A stretch of DNA of 64,000 nucleotides from an uncultured Chloroflexia bacterium. Its GTDB lineage: Bacteria; Chloroflexota; Ktedonobacteria; Ktedonobacterales; JADMIN01. The notes beneath the pieces are model-generated. The model saw only the letters and a list, made by a program, of their open reading frames with translations, was not told the origin of the DNA and ran no database searches. Positions 1 to 9,820 of this stretch are shown piece by piece (the stretch's first letter is position 1; each line of letters starts with the position of its first letter). The stretch lies in assembly GCA_963809385.1 (NCBI GenBank), contig CAWEJL010000007.1, positions 195,305 to 259,304 on the forward strand. The letters run 5' to 3'. The position numbers and the translations under genes are program-made.

Positions 1-1086
1 CCCGCGCTGCGCCTGAAGAAGCTCATGCCCGGCGCCGTGCTGGTCCGCGATGGCAAGTGGCATGAGGTGGGCGATCCGTTCCGCGCGCCCGGCCTGCTCC
101 CCGCCACGCTCGGCAATCCGCTGCTAACCACTGGCGACCGGCTGCGCACGCTGCGGCTGCGCGGCTACGCCCGGCGGCGCAAGGAGCAGGACATCTTCTC
201 CGGCAAGCTGCGCGGCAAGGGCGGCGCCGACCGCTCAACCTACGATGAGCTGAAGCGCCGCCACTTCAGCGACCAGGGCTTCATCGACAACTTCGCCCGC
301 CCGTTCTATGGCGGCATCTTCCTCGACCGCTCGCTGGAGACGAGCGCGCGCATGCTGCTCTTCACCTTCAAGATGCTGGCCAGCGGCGACACGGTCATCC
401 CGGAGCAAGGCATGGGCGCGATCACTGAGCAACTCGCCGCCGCGCTGCCGTCCAACTCGATCCGGCTGGAGACGCGCGTCGAGGGCATCGTGCGCGCCGA
501 GGGGCGCGCCGTCGGCGTGACCCTGACGGGCGGCGAGGAGATGCAGGGTGACGCGGTGATCATCGCCACTGACGCGCCCTCCGCCCAGCGCCTGCTCGAA
601 CGTGATCTGCCCAGCGAGGCCGCTTCGGTGACGTGCCTCTACTTCGGGATGACCGAGAGCCTCTACAAAGGCCCGAAGCTCCTGCTGAACGCCAACCCCG
701 ACGCCTTTGTGAATAACGCCGTCCAGATCAGCAACATCGCGCCGTCTTACGCGCCGAAGGGGCAGCACCTGCTCTCGGCGACCATCCTGGGTGTCCCCGA
801 CCTCAGCGACGCCGACCTGATCGCCCGCGCGCGCGCGGACATGGCGTCGTGGTTCCCCGGTAAAGACATGGCGAAGCCGCGCCACCTGGCCACCTACCGC
901 ATTCGCTTCGCCCAGTTCCGCCAGCCGCCCGGTAGCTTCAGCCACCTGCCCGGTACCATTACCGATGTCGAGGGCCTCTTTCTGGCGGGCGAGTATACTT
1001 CGTCCAGCAGCATCCACGGCGCGATGCTCAGTGGCGAGCAGGCCGCCAATGCGGTTATCAAATGGCAGGCCACGGCCACCGATTGA
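1..1086 (+). CDS. FAD-dependent oxidoreductase, amine-oxidase/phytoene-desaturase-like (5' end outside window)
   Basis: Frame-1 ORF is open from base 1, so the first listed Met at 25 is internal. C-terminal FAD signature LFLAGEYTSSSSIHGAMLSG is typical of the amine-oxidase fold. Confidence 0.7.
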   Translation, partial: PALRLKKLMPGAVLVRDGKWHEVGDPFRAPGLLPATLGNPLLTTGDRLRTLRLRGYARRRKEQDIFSGKLRGKGGADRSTYDELKRRHFSDQGFIDNFARPFYGGIFLDRSLETSARMLLFTFKMLASGDTVIPEQGMGAITEQLAAALPSNSIRLETRVEGIVRAEGRAVGVTLTGGEEMQGDAVIIATDAPSAQRLLERDLPSEAASVTCLYFGMTESLYKGPKLLLNANPDAFVNNAVQISNIAPSYAPKGQHLLSATILGVPDLSDADLIARARADMASWFPGKDMAKPRHLATYRIRFAQFRQPPGSFSHLPGTITDVEGLFLAGEYTSSSSIHGAMLSGEQAANAVIKWQATATD

Positions 1087-1125
1087 CCGGCGTGTGAGCG
1101 CGGGCCGTGTAAAGGAGCTACGCGT

Positions 1126-1953
1126 TTGGCACGCTATGAGGCGAAACCCGGCTGGGATGTGGATCGCGCGGACGACCCGCAAGCCTACGTGCGCTATCTC
1201 GACGCGGCGAGCGCGCGTCTGTCAGTACAGGCGGTCAAGGAGCAGAGCTACCGCCAGATGGCGGCGCGCCCCGGCCAGCGCCTGCTCGATGTGGGCTGTG
1301 GTCTCGGCGACGACGCGCGCGCCCTCGCTCGGCTGGTCAGCCCCGGCGGCTCGGTGGTAGGCCTGGACGCCAGCGCGGTGATGGTCGCCGAGGCGCGGAA
1401 GCGCACGGAAGGACTGGAGCTTCCCATCGAGTTTCTTCAGGGTGATTGCGCATCCCTGCCGTTTCCTGATGACGCATTCGATGGCTGCCGGGCGGAGCGC
1501 GTGTTCCAGCATATCGCCAACCCGGAGGCGGCGCTGGCGGAGATGGTCCGTGTCACGCGCCCCGGCGGTGTGATCGTGGTCATAGACGCCGATCACGGGA
1601 TGCTCGCCGTGAATGGCGGGAACCGCGAGTTGACCCGGCGTATTCTCAGCGTCTGGAGTGACGCTATCACCAACGGATGGATTGGCCGCCAGTTACCGGG
1701 TCTGTTCGCGCGCCACGGGGTGCGCGATGTGTCCATTCTTCCATCGGCCAGCGTCCATACGGCGATCGGGTCGCATCGAGGGGCGCTGCGCCGCTGCGCT
1801 GATGTCGCGGCGCGGCGCGGCGTCGTGTCGGCGGACGAGGCGGCAGCGTTCATGGAGGACCTGGAAGCGCTCGATCGCCGTGGCGAGTTCTTTCTCTCCG
1901 GCGCCATCTTCTCGGTTGCTGGTCGCAAGCCGAGCGAGATACCGGGCGGGTAA
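1126..1953 (+). CDS. class I SAM-dependent methyltransferase
   Basis: TTG start lies 8 nt after AAAGGAG. SAM-binding motif [12 protein letters not shown] is present and the layout is Methyltransf_11-like. Confidence 0.8.
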   Translation: MARYEAKPGWDVDRADDPQAYVRYLDAASARLSVQAVKEQSYRQMAARPGQRLLDVGCGLGDDARALARLVSPGGSVVGLDASAVMVAEARKRTEGLELPIEFLQGDCASLPFPDDAFDGCRAERVFQHIANPEAALAEMVRVTRPGGVIVVIDADHGMLAVNGGNRELTRRILSVWSDAITNGWIGRQLPGLFARHGVRDVSILPSASVHTAIGSHRGALRRCADVAARRGVVSADEAAAFMEDLEALDRRGEFFLSGAIFSVAGRKPSEIPGG

Positions 1954-2016
1954 ACCCCGCGCCGTGCGCCATTTGGGGCTGGCAATCTGGGCACGTTTCA
2001 CGCCTGTGATAAAATC

Positions 2017-2649
2017 GTGAGTATGCTTTTCTTCTTTCTCAAGGCGCTGGTCGCCCTCTTCACCGTGGTGGACCCTATCGGCCTGGCTCCGGTGACGCTG
2101 ACGCTGACCGCCGACCTCTCGCTCTATGAGCGCGCGTTCGTGGTCACCCGCGCGACGATGATCGCCGCTGTGGTGGTCGCGATCTTTGGTGTGTTCGGCC
2201 AGGCGATCTTCGCCGCGCTCGGCGTCACGCCGCCCGCGTTCAGCCTGGCCGGTGGCGCGCTGCTCTTCCTCGTGGCGATTGACATGCTCTTTGGGCGCCA
2301 ATCCGGCGCGCGCGAGACGACGCGCGAAGCCCGCGAGGCCCGCAAACAGGAGGATGTCAGCGTCTTCCCGCTGGCGATCCCGATGATCGCCGGGCCGGGC
2401 ACGCTCACCACGATCATCCTGCTCAACGACTCCGCTGGGCCTGACTGGAGCCTGCGCGCGATGATCGGTGTCGCGGCGACACTGACGCTCGCCGCCTGCT
2501 GGATTACGATGCGCATCAGCCTCAGCATCCAGAAACGCATCGGCGTCACGGGCATCACCGTCCTCTCGCGCGTGCAGGGCATGCTGCTGGCGGCGGTGGC
2601 GGCGCAGTTCATGCTCAACGGCCTGGCGCAGTTCCTCCACATCTCCTAG
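2017..2649 (+). CDS. MarC/UPF0056 family integral membrane protein
   Basis: 210-aa multi-TM ORF with MarC-like segments (VDPIGLAP, IPMIAGPGTLTT). Confidence 0.7.
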   Translation: MSMLFFFLKALVALFTVVDPIGLAPVTLTLTADLSLYERAFVVTRATMIAAVVVAIFGVFGQAIFAALGVTPPAFSLAGGALLFLVAIDMLFGRQSGARETTREAREARKQEDVSVFPLAIPMIAGPGTLTTIILLNDSAGPDWSLRAMIGVAATLTLAACWITMRISLSIQKRIGVTGITVLSRVQGMLLAAVAAQFMLNGLAQFLHIS

Positions 2650-2661
2650 CGGTTGGCGCCG

Positions 2662-2730
2662 CGCGGCACTGAATGGCCGGCGCACGGCGCGGGGGGCGAG
2701 GGGACGCGGCCATGAATGGCCGGCGCACGG
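2662..2730. repeat. REP-like palindromic element family 1, two copies
   Basis: The 26-nt unit CGCGGCCATGAATGGCCGGCGCACGG sits at 2705-2730, with a degenerate copy at 2662-2687. The same unit in reverse orientation recurs at 42784-42848 and 55751-55815. Confidence 0.7.
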
Positions 2731-2780
2731 ATTACGGATTAGCGCTTTTTAGCGCTTTTTAATGAATAGGAGTGACACCC

Positions 2781-3413
2781 ATGAGTAAGGCGGAGCGCGC
2801 GGCGGCGGATGCGCCGCCAACACGGTCGGAGCGGCCCGTGCGCCGCGAGCTGGCCCCGCTCTTCGAGGAGTTGCGCGGAGAGCGCGTCATCGTGCGCCCG
2901 CACACCATCGCGGACTTCGACGAGTTCTGGGAGGCGATCCAGGAGTCGAAGGAGCAACTGCGCCCCTGGCTGCCCTTCGCCGACCAATCCCCCGACGACC
3001 TGCGCGTCTGGCTGGCGCGCGCCGAGGCCCGCTGGGCCACCCGCGATACGCTGGGCTGCGCCATCGTGGACCGCGAGACGGGCCGCATCGCGGGCAACAT
3101 CGGCCTGATGATTCACGACTGGGAGATCGGCTCCTTCGAGATTGGCTACTGGCTGCGGACCAGCGCCGCCGGCAAGGGCTTTATGACCGAATCCGTCCGG
3201 CTCATCACCGACTTCGCTTTCGACCACCTCTGGGCCAATCGCGTCGAGATCCGCTGCGACGCGCGCAACGAGCGCAGCGCCGCCGTGCCGCGCCGCCTCG
3301 GCTTTACCCAGGAGGCTCATCTCCGCTGGGCGCAGACCTTCGTGGACGCGACCGTCCGCGACATGCTGATCTTCGCCCTCATTCGCACGGACCCCCGCTG
3401 GCCGGAGCGGTAG
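2781..3413 (+). CDS. GNAT family N-acetyltransferase (RimJ/RimL-like)
   Basis: ATG lies 8 nt after TAGGAG (the ORF track starts at GTG 2772). Motifs include EIGYWL, GKGFMTE and NERSAAVPRRLGF. Confidence 0.8.
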   Translation: MSKAERAAADAPPTRSERPVRRELAPLFEELRGERVIVRPHTIADFDEFWEAIQESKEQLRPWLPFADQSPDDLRVWLARAEARWATRDTLGCAIVDRETGRIAGNIGLMIHDWEIGSFEIGYWLRTSAAGKGFMTESVRLITDFAFDHLWANRVEIRCDARNERSAAVPRRLGFTQEAHLRWAQTFVDATVRDMLIFALIRTDPRWPER

Positions 3414-3587
3414 CGGGGGCGCGGTTGCGCCGCCGGGCGTCAGCCTGCCTTCGCGGCCGCGCTGCCCATGGTTGCGACACACCGCGCGCGTCTCTTGCTC
3501 GTATAGTGCTCAGTGGTGTGGTTGTCCTCCTGGCGGCTCGCGGCAAGGCGCCTGGGAACGTGGAAACGCGGGAACGCGGGAACGCAC

Positions 3588-4238
3588 ATGGATCGTGTCT
3601 ATCGCGCCGTGCGGCTGGCGACCCGCCTGGCGCTCCCATCGCAGATGCGGCTGCGCGCAACCGGTGCGGAACACCTGCCGGCGGAGGGGCCCGCGCTCGT
3701 GGTCAGCAACCATCTGAGCCTGATTGACCCGCTTGCCATCGGCGTTTCGCTCTCGCGGCCGCTGCATATCCTGGCGAAAGAGGAGGTCTTCGCGTGGCCC
3801 GTCATCGGTGGTCTCGCGCGGCTGAGTGGCGTCGTGCCCATCCGGCGCGGGCAGTGGGATATCGCCGCGCTCGCCGCGTTGGAAGATGTCCTGCGCGCCG
3901 GGCGCTGTGTTCTGGTATTCCCCGAAGGCACGTATCCCAAGCCGCCGCACCCCTCCGCGCTGCTCAAGTTCAAGATCGGCGCCGCCTGGCTTGCGGCGCG
4001 AGTTCAGGCTCCGGTGGTACCGGTCGCGATTTGGGGAAGCGAGCGGATCTGGGCGTCGGAGCGGGGATGGCGGCCCTGGCTCCGCCCACAGGTTGATGTT
4101 CGTATCGGCGCGCCCTACGTTCCCCAGCTTCCGGCGAACCAGACGTCCCGCGACGCGCTCCAGCCTGTGGCTGATGAGATGGCGCGCCATATCCGCGATC
4201 TGCTCCCTGAGCGGTATCAGGGGTATTACCGCGCATAG
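3588..4238 (+). CDS. lysophospholipid (1-acyl-sn-glycerol-3-phosphate) acyltransferase family protein
   Basis: HX4D motif SNHLSLID and FPEGT motif are present. Start chosen at MDRVYRAV; the ORF track start at 3513 is probably too long. Confidence 0.8.
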   Translation: MDRVYRAVRLATRLALPSQMRLRATGAEHLPAEGPALVVSNHLSLIDPLAIGVSLSRPLHILAKEEVFAWPVIGGLARLSGVVPIRRGQWDIAALAALEDVLRAGRCVLVFPEGTYPKPPHPSALLKFKIGAAWLAARVQAPVVPVAIWGSERIWASERGWRPWLRPQVDVRIGAPYVPQLPANQTSRDALQPVADEMARHIRDLLPERYQGYYRA

Positions 4239-4245
4239 CGTCAGA

Positions 4246-4680
4246 TTATGGCTGCGGCAGCGGGTCAATGAGATAAGTATTCCAGTCTGGTATCCCGCCG
4301 CTCGATACCTCAAATGGTGTCGCACAGGTTGCTGGCGCGGGTGAGACGACCTCGACCGGCAGCCCATGCCAGGTGAAGGTATAGGTCGTGTACGGTGTAG
4401 GCCCAAAAAAGCAGTCGATACTATACTCCATCCTGTGCAGGTAGTTATTGGCGATGGGTTCTGCGGGATGGGCTTTGATTGCCGCGCGCTAGCTAGCGAC
4501 TGTCGCCGGGTTCGTGATCGTCCCGCTCAGGGTCGGATCCCCCTCCATACCGATGTACTCAATCTGATAGCTCACGGCGTCCGGCGGCAGCAGGCGCACG
4601 CCCGCCACGAATGCCACGAACACGACGACTAGCGCCGCGATAAGCGCCAGCGCCCGGCGCCGCGTGAGAAATCCATGCAT
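4246..4680 (-). pseudogene. small membrane-anchored exported protein interrupted by an in-frame TAG
   Basis: ORFs 4489..4680 (MHGFLTRRRALALIAALVVVFVAF..., one N-terminal TM helix) and 4246..4431 share a reading frame. They are separated only by the TAG at 4489-4491 and 19 sense codons. Confidence 0.4.
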
Positions 4681-4807
4681 CGTACGCTCGCCTCCTTTCA
4701 TTCTTCTTCGACGGAGATGCGGGACGCAAAGTTCCAGTTTCGCCCGCCTGACGTATACTGACGCTAGATCTACCGCAAAGAGAAACCTGTCTGGCACGCC
4801 AGGATGA

Positions 4808-5149
4808 GTGATTGAGATGATTGGGTACGCGAGGCTCTTTCGCGGACTGAGAGTTCCGCCAGAGCATAAACACAGATATGACCGCTTCGCTTCAGATGGG
4901 CATGCCATCGTATTGTGGTACCCGACAGCGCCACTCGCGCGACTCCTCAGAGACATGGACACCCTCGCGCAGGGCCTGCATGGAGACGCGGTAATGCGTG
5001 TCTATTCGGACCATCCAGCGGCGTTGATGGCTATACCTGATCTATGCGCGGCTCGCGGCTATGAGCTACTTCCCGGTCTGCCGCTAGGACAAGGCGAAGG
5101 AGATCAGCGGCCTTTCGGGCGATATTCCTTTGATATTCGCCGCCCATAG
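4808..5149 (+). CDS. hypothetical protein
   Basis: 113-aa ORF with no recognisable motif. A faint TusA-like layout lacks the active Cys. Confidence 0.3.
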   Translation: MIEMIGYARLFRGLRVPPEHKHRYDRFASDGHAIVLWYPTAPLARLLRDMDTLAQGLHGDAVMRVYSDHPAALMAIPDLCAARGYELLPGLPLGQGEGDQRPFGRYSFDIRRP

Positions 5150-5223
5150 CCGCGTACCATCTCATCTCCTGTCCGCGCCTGCCCGCGCCTGCCCCAGGTC
5201 GTCCGTAGCGGCCCCGCCCCCGC

Positions 5224-6597
5224 GTGCGCTACACTCGCCAGCATGCGGCGCGCGAGGCGTCGCCAGAGGATGAAGGGGCGTGCGAGATGCGGCGGAGACA
5301 GCGGGCGGCGGAGGTGGGCGCGGAGGCGGCAGAGACGGCGAAGACGGCGGAGACGGCGGCGATCGCGCTGGGCGGCGGGATGTTCTCCCCCGGCCAGCCG
5401 ATCCGTCCGACGCCGGGGCTGAGCGGGCCGGGCGGCGCGCCGCGCCAGTGGGCCTTCCCACCGGGCTACAACATCGCTCAGTTCCCGCGCGCGACCGAGC
5501 AGACCAGCTTCGCCCAGTTGCGCGGGCTGGCGGCGCTGTATGACGGCGTCCAGCTTTGCGAGCGGGTGTACTTCGACCTGCTGGGACGGCTGGAGCCGCG
5601 CGTGCTGCCACGCGCCGAGCTGCTGGCCGCCGGGGAGGACGCCGCCGCGCCGCGCTGGCGCGAGCCCGCCCGCCGCATCGAGGCCTTCCTCGAATCGCCC
5701 GACCGCGCGCAAGACCTGCGCTCGTGGCTGGTCGCCTTCGTCCGCGACCTGCTGGAGATTGACGCCGTGGCCATCTACGCTCGCCGCGCCCGCAACGGCG
5801 GCCTCTATGCGCTAGAGTTGGTCGCAGGGGACACCATCAAGCCGCTGCTGGATGGCGGCGGGCGCCCGCCGCTGCCGCCCGCGCCTGCCTACCAGCAGTT
5901 CTTGTACGGCGCGCCCGCTAGCTGGTACTCGCGCGACGAACTGGACTACCTGCGCGAGACGGCGCGCACCGAAAGTCCGTATGGCCTCAGCCGCGTCGAG
6001 CGTATCATCCTGCGGGTCAACCAGGCGCTACGCAAGCAGGGCTTCGACCTGGCGCGCTTCACTGACGGCGCCACGCCGCTCGGCGTCATCCAGCCGCCCG
6101 CCGCGCTCACCTGGACGCCGGAGCAGCTGGAGCTCTTCGAGCGCGCCTTCAACGGGCTGCTGGCTGGCAATGACCAGATGCGTGTGCGCGCCCGCGCGCT
6201 GCCGCCCGGCGCCACCTGGCAGGCGCTGGCGGGCGACGATCCGCTGATCGAGTTCGACCGCTTCCTGCTCAACCTCACCGTCGCCGCCTTTGGCCTGACG
6301 ATGGATGAGTTGGGCTTCACCGAGACCAGCAACCGTAGCGCGGGCCAGACGCAGGAAAACGTCGTTTACCGCCGCGCCGTCGCGCCCGTCGCCGGGCTGG
6401 TGGCGGGCTACCTCACGCGCAAGGTCCGCCAGTGGCTCGACGACCGCTTCACCGTCTCGTTCACTGGCTTCGAGGAGCCAGACGACTTCGCCATCCGCGC
6501 CGAAGCCTTCGCCAGGCTGATCCCGCTCGGCGTTGTCTCGCCAGCGGAGGCCGCGCGGTTGCTGCATTTGCCCGCGCCAGGTCGCGCCGACGGGTAG
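5224..6597 (+). CDS. phage portal protein family (HK97-type portal-like)
   Basis: 457-aa ORF whose central and C-terminal blocks (SPYGLSRVERII, FTDGATPLGVIQPP, LLNLTVAAFGLTMDELGF) read like Phage_portal proteins. The true start is uncertain. Confidence 0.6.
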   Translation: MRYTRQHAAREASPEDEGACEMRRRQRAAEVGAEAAETAKTAETAAIALGGGMFSPGQPIRPTPGLSGPGGAPRQWAFPPGYNIAQFPRATEQTSFAQLRGLAALYDGVQLCERVYFDLLGRLEPRVLPRAELLAAGEDAAAPRWREPARRIEAFLESPDRAQDLRSWLVAFVRDLLEIDAVAIYARRARNGGLYALELVAGDTIKPLLDGGGRPPLPPAPAYQQFLYGAPASWYSRDELDYLRETARTESPYGLSRVERIILRVNQALRKQGFDLARFTDGATPLGVIQPPAALTWTPEQLELFERAFNGLLAGNDQMRVRARALPPGATWQALAGDDPLIEFDRFLLNLTVAAFGLTMDELGFTETSNRSAGQTQENVVYRRAVAPVAGLVAGYLTRKVRQWLDDRFTVSFTGFEEPDDFAIRAEAFARLIPLGVVSPAEAARLLHLPAPGRADG

Positions 6598-6604
6598 GGG
6601 CGCG

Positions 6605-7873
6605 TCAGGTGGTGTGAACGAAGCCTAGGGTGGGAATCTGCATCGCCTCATGGGTCAGCGTGACGGTCTGGGAAGGATTCCAGGCGGGGTCGAAGGTGAC
6701 GGCGGAGAGGGTGAAGGGGCCGGAGCCGGTGGGGCCAGGGCCACCCTCCCCGTCGCCGTTCCTGGGAACACTGCTAAGGACCAGTGTTTTGCCGTCGGGC
6801 GCCCACGCGACAGGAAAGCTGGCAAGCTGAATTGGGGTAACGCTGTCGGTGTCTACATCAATGATGTCATTGCCCGTCACCTGATCGCCCATCACCAGTG
6901 TCACCAGCGCCCTGTGTGTATGAGGTATCCAGAGGACTTGGTAAATCTCGTCGTAGACATGGTTTGTTTGGGAGATCAGGCTGGCGATGTGTGGCAGCGG
7001 TGTGACCGCGCCAGTGGCCACATTTACACGGTCAGCCATTGGTCGGAACAGGTATGCTGTCGCGGGCGCGCCTTCGCCTGTAACCTGCGTGTTGAAGAAC
7101 AGCGCTTCACTCCGATCAGGCGCGAGGCTGAAACTGCCCGATATCATCGTGCTGGAGCGCACCGTGACAACTGGCCGCAGCGCGCCGGTCGGGATCTCCA
7201 GGCTATAGAGGTTCGCGGCGATCTGTGGGCTGGTGGACCGGCTTGGCGTCGTAACAGGCGCCAACTCGCCGGGAAAATAGTCCACCGCAAGATGGGTGTT
7301 ATCCAGCCAGCCATAGACCTGTCCTACCAGGGAAGCGGTTGTGTATCCCTGTGGCTGGGTCGGGACGGGCAGTGTTGTCGCTGCGCCTGTCGCCAGTGTG
7401 ATGATGTGGATGTTCCCCTGGCTACCATCAATCGCGATGTGTTGCCCATCTGGCGACCAGAATAGAAACCCGTTCATCGCCGTGCTGCGCGTTTGGAAGG
7501 TCTGAAAAGACGTCGCTTGATCGTTGCTCAGGTCAATGTAGAAGACATCAGCGGTATTGCCAAAGGCCAGGCGCTGTCCGCCGGGCGCCGTGCCCGCCGT
7601 CCATGCCCCGCTCCCTGAGGAAGCGTTTGTGGTCGCGATGACCGCGCCCGCCAGATCGGTTTCGCCATCCAGCGAGACAGCGTGCAGGCGCCCATCCTGG
7701 CTGATGTAGGCGACACGCCAGTCAGCAAAAGCCGGGAAGGTCGGGGCCGCCGTCGCTGTCGGTGTGAAGACCCGCGCGCCCGTGGTGGGTGAACTGGCGC
7801 ACCCGGTGAGCATCACGACCAATACGATGATGGGCAGGCGCCGCCAGCGTTTCCATCGCGCGTTCCAGCGCAT
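6605..7873 (-). CDS. lipoprotein with PD40/TolB-like beta-propeller repeats
   Basis: ATG follows AAGGAG. Lipobox LVVMLTGC is present. Repeats include FWSPDGQHIA and WAPDGKTLVLSS. Confidence 0.65.
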   Translation of the reverse strand: MRWNARWKRWRRLPIIVLVVMLTGCASSPTTGARVFTPTATAAPTFPAFADWRVAYISQDGRLHAVSLDGETDLAGAVIATTNASSGSGAWTAGTAPGGQRLAFGNTADVFYIDLSNDQATSFQTFQTRSTAMNGFLFWSPDGQHIAIDGSQGNIHIITLATGAATTLPVPTQPQGYTTASLVGQVYGWLDNTHLAVDYFPGELAPVTTPSRSTSPQIAANLYSLEIPTGALRPVVTVRSSTMISGSFSLAPDRSEALFFNTQVTGEGAPATAYLFRPMADRVNVATGAVTPLPHIASLISQTNHVYDEIYQVLWIPHTHRALVTLVMGDQVTGNDIIDVDTDSVTPIQLASFPVAWAPDGKTLVLSSVPRNGDGEGGPGPTGSGPFTLSAVTFDPAWNPSQTVTLTHEAMQIPTLGFVHTT

Positions 7874-8105
7874 ATCGCTTCTCCTTGATTGTAGACACTC
7901 CTGTGACATTACACCTCTCGCTCTCTATAACACGGGCGCCACGCACTTCTTTCCGGGCGCGGGTACGTATGGGCCGTCACCACACGTAACCACTGCCTCC
8001 TTGCCCGGTATTCGTGGGGATAGCGTCAACGCTCTTTTCATAGCGCGCTGGCAAGCGCGAGGCGCAGCCGTGGGAAATACCCTGGTCGCAATGATGTGTG
8101 GGCTC

Positions 8106-8159
8106 ATCTCGCCCATCGAGGCCGCGCGCCTGCGGCATTTGCCCGCCACTAGCCTTTGA
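8106..8159 (+). other. remnant resembling the 3' end of the portal gene
   Basis: ISPIEAARLRHLPAT-stop here versus VSPAEAARLLHLPAP near the portal stop (6535-6578). I counted 34 of 44 nt identical. Confidence 0.3.
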
Positions 8160-8252
8160 CGCGCCGCTCGCGCACTGTCTGCTATACTGCATCCGCGAGG
8201 GGACAGGAGCCCGCCGCGTGAGCGGTGCGGTATCAGGATAGCGAGGAAGCCG

Positions 8253-8831
8253 ATGTTCAATCAATGGGCGCTCGCCTTGCAGATTCCGCTGCTAGCGCTG
8301 GTCATTCCAGCGGCCATCATCATCGGGCAGCGCGTGCGTGGTGGCCCGCTCGTCGTCGCTGGCGCCGCCGCGCTGCTGGCGTTCGTCGCGTTCTGGCTGG
8401 TGGGAACAACTAGGGCGCTCTCAGGTGGCAATCCATTCAACGGTGTTTCGCTCATCTATATATTCTTCGGCGGTGTGATCCTGCTGCTTGGCGCATGGGC
8501 GCTGGCGCTCGCGCAGGCCGTGAGTGAGCGGCGCTGGGCCTGGGTCGCGTTGTTGAGCCTCGCCGTCTACCTCACGTTCGCCGCGCTGTTCGCCATAGCG
8601 CTGTCGCCTTATTCCGCCTGCATGTTCGCGCCACAGCAGCCATATTGCGCATCTACCAACCAGACTATGCAGGCGCTGCTTACAGCGGGCAGCTTCATGG
8701 GGCCTGGCGCCATCCTAGTATTTGCCTTGCGCGCCTACCTCCCGCGGCGTGGCGCGCCGCCAGTGGGCTTGAACGTCTCGCGCCTTGGCGCCACAGACGA
8801 CGAGCCGGGCTCCGAGCCAGAGGCGCTGTAG
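8253..8831 (+). CDS. hypothetical integral membrane protein
   Basis: 192-aa ORF with about 5 hydrophobic helices and no known motif. Confidence 0.5.
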   Translation: MFNQWALALQIPLLALVIPAAIIIGQRVRGGPLVVAGAAALLAFVAFWLVGTTRALSGGNPFNGVSLIYIFFGGVILLLGAWALALAQAVSERRWAWVALLSLAVYLTFAALFAIALSPYSACMFAPQQPYCASTNQTMQALLTAGSFMGPGAILVFALRAYLPRRGAPPVGLNVSRLGATDDEPGSEPEAL

Positions 8832-8998
8832 GGCGTTATCCTCAGTACGGTCGCGCGCGCTCATTTCGCGCCCGCTACGCATAAGCGCCCATTGCGTCGC
8901 GGCGAAGACTGTCAGATGGTCATGAGTGTGCGGAACGATCGCGGCGGACACACAACCGGGATCAATAATCGAAGAGGAGACGGTAACGGGGGAAGGCC

Positions 8999-9790
8999 AT
9001 GCGTGAGGTCATGATTGGCGATCTGCGGATCGCCTACCAGCAGGCTGGCGCCGGACCGCCGCTTGTCCTGCTGCATGGGGTTCTTGGCGATAGCCGCGAG
9101 TGGCGGCGTCAGCTTGACGCGCTCTCGGACGAGTTCACCGTGCTGGCGTGGGACGCGCCGGGCTGCGGCGCATCCTCGGACCCGCCGGAAGGCTTCACTC
9201 TCCACGACTACGCCGAATGCCTCACTGGATGGCTAGCGGCTATTGGCGCCGAGCGCCCGCATATCCTCGGCCTGTCGTGGGGCGGGACGCTCGCCCTGGA
9301 GCTGTACCGAAGCCATCCCGACCTGCTGGCGTCCCTCCTGCTGGTGGCGACGTATCCAGGGGTGGTCGGCGTATTGCCGCCCGATGTGTACGCCGCGCGC
9401 GTCCAGTCGTTCCTGCGCGAAGCCGACCTGCCGCCGGAGCAGTTCGTGCCGGGATGGATTCCCGGGCTGCTAACCGCTTCCGCGCCTCCCGGCGCCGCTG
9501 ATGAGCTCATCGCGATGATGTCGGACTTCCACCCGGCTGGCTACCGGACGATGGTCCTTGGGAGCGCGGAGGTTGATCTGCGCGATGTGCTCCCGCAGAT
9601 TCGCGTTCCCACGCTGTTGCTGTGGGGCGACGCCGACAAGCGCTCGCCGGTCTCCATCGCCGAACAGTTCCACGCGGCGATTCCCTCGGCGAGATTCGTC
9701 CTGCTGCCCGGTGTGGGCCACCAGGCGAACATGGACGCGCCGGACCCGTTCAACGCTGAGGTCCGCGACTTCCTCCACGCGCTGAGCTAG
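8999..9790 (+). CDS. alpha/beta hydrolase
   Basis: HG oxyanion motif (LLHGVLGD), nucleophile elbow GLSWGG and a C-terminal GVGH motif. Confidence 0.85.
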   Translation: MREVMIGDLRIAYQQAGAGPPLVLLHGVLGDSREWRRQLDALSDEFTVLAWDAPGCGASSDPPEGFTLHDYAECLTGWLAAIGAERPHILGLSWGGTLALELYRSHPDLLASLLLVATYPGVVGVLPPDVYAARVQSFLREADLPPEQFVPGWIPGLLTASAPPGAADELIAMMSDFHPAGYRTMVLGSAEVDLRDVLPQIRVPTLLLWGDADKRSPVSIAEQFHAAIPSARFVLLPGVGHQANMDAPDPFNAEVRDFLHALS

Positions 9791-9820
9791 TGAACAGCTC
9801 GCGGATGAGTCCAGCGCGCG

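Noticed and set aside
235-1182. Long antisense or out-of-frame ORFs throughout the window (e.g. 235..1182-, 1693..2685-, 10817..12040+, 19510..21147+, 23511..24806+, 37113..38147+, 62393..63106+)
   Set aside because: These are Arg/Ala/Gly/Pro-rich shadow ORFs overlapping genes with clear motifs on the other strand or frame. This is a typical artefact of very high GC content.
2741-2760. Tandem AGCGCTTTTT x2 upstream of the GNAT gene
   Set aside because: Only two 10-nt units are present, and no function can be inferred.
4489-4491. Pyrrolysine or other recoding of the in-frame TAG
   Set aside because: No pyl genes or recoding signal can be seen in the window. Nothing beyond the open frame supports recoding.
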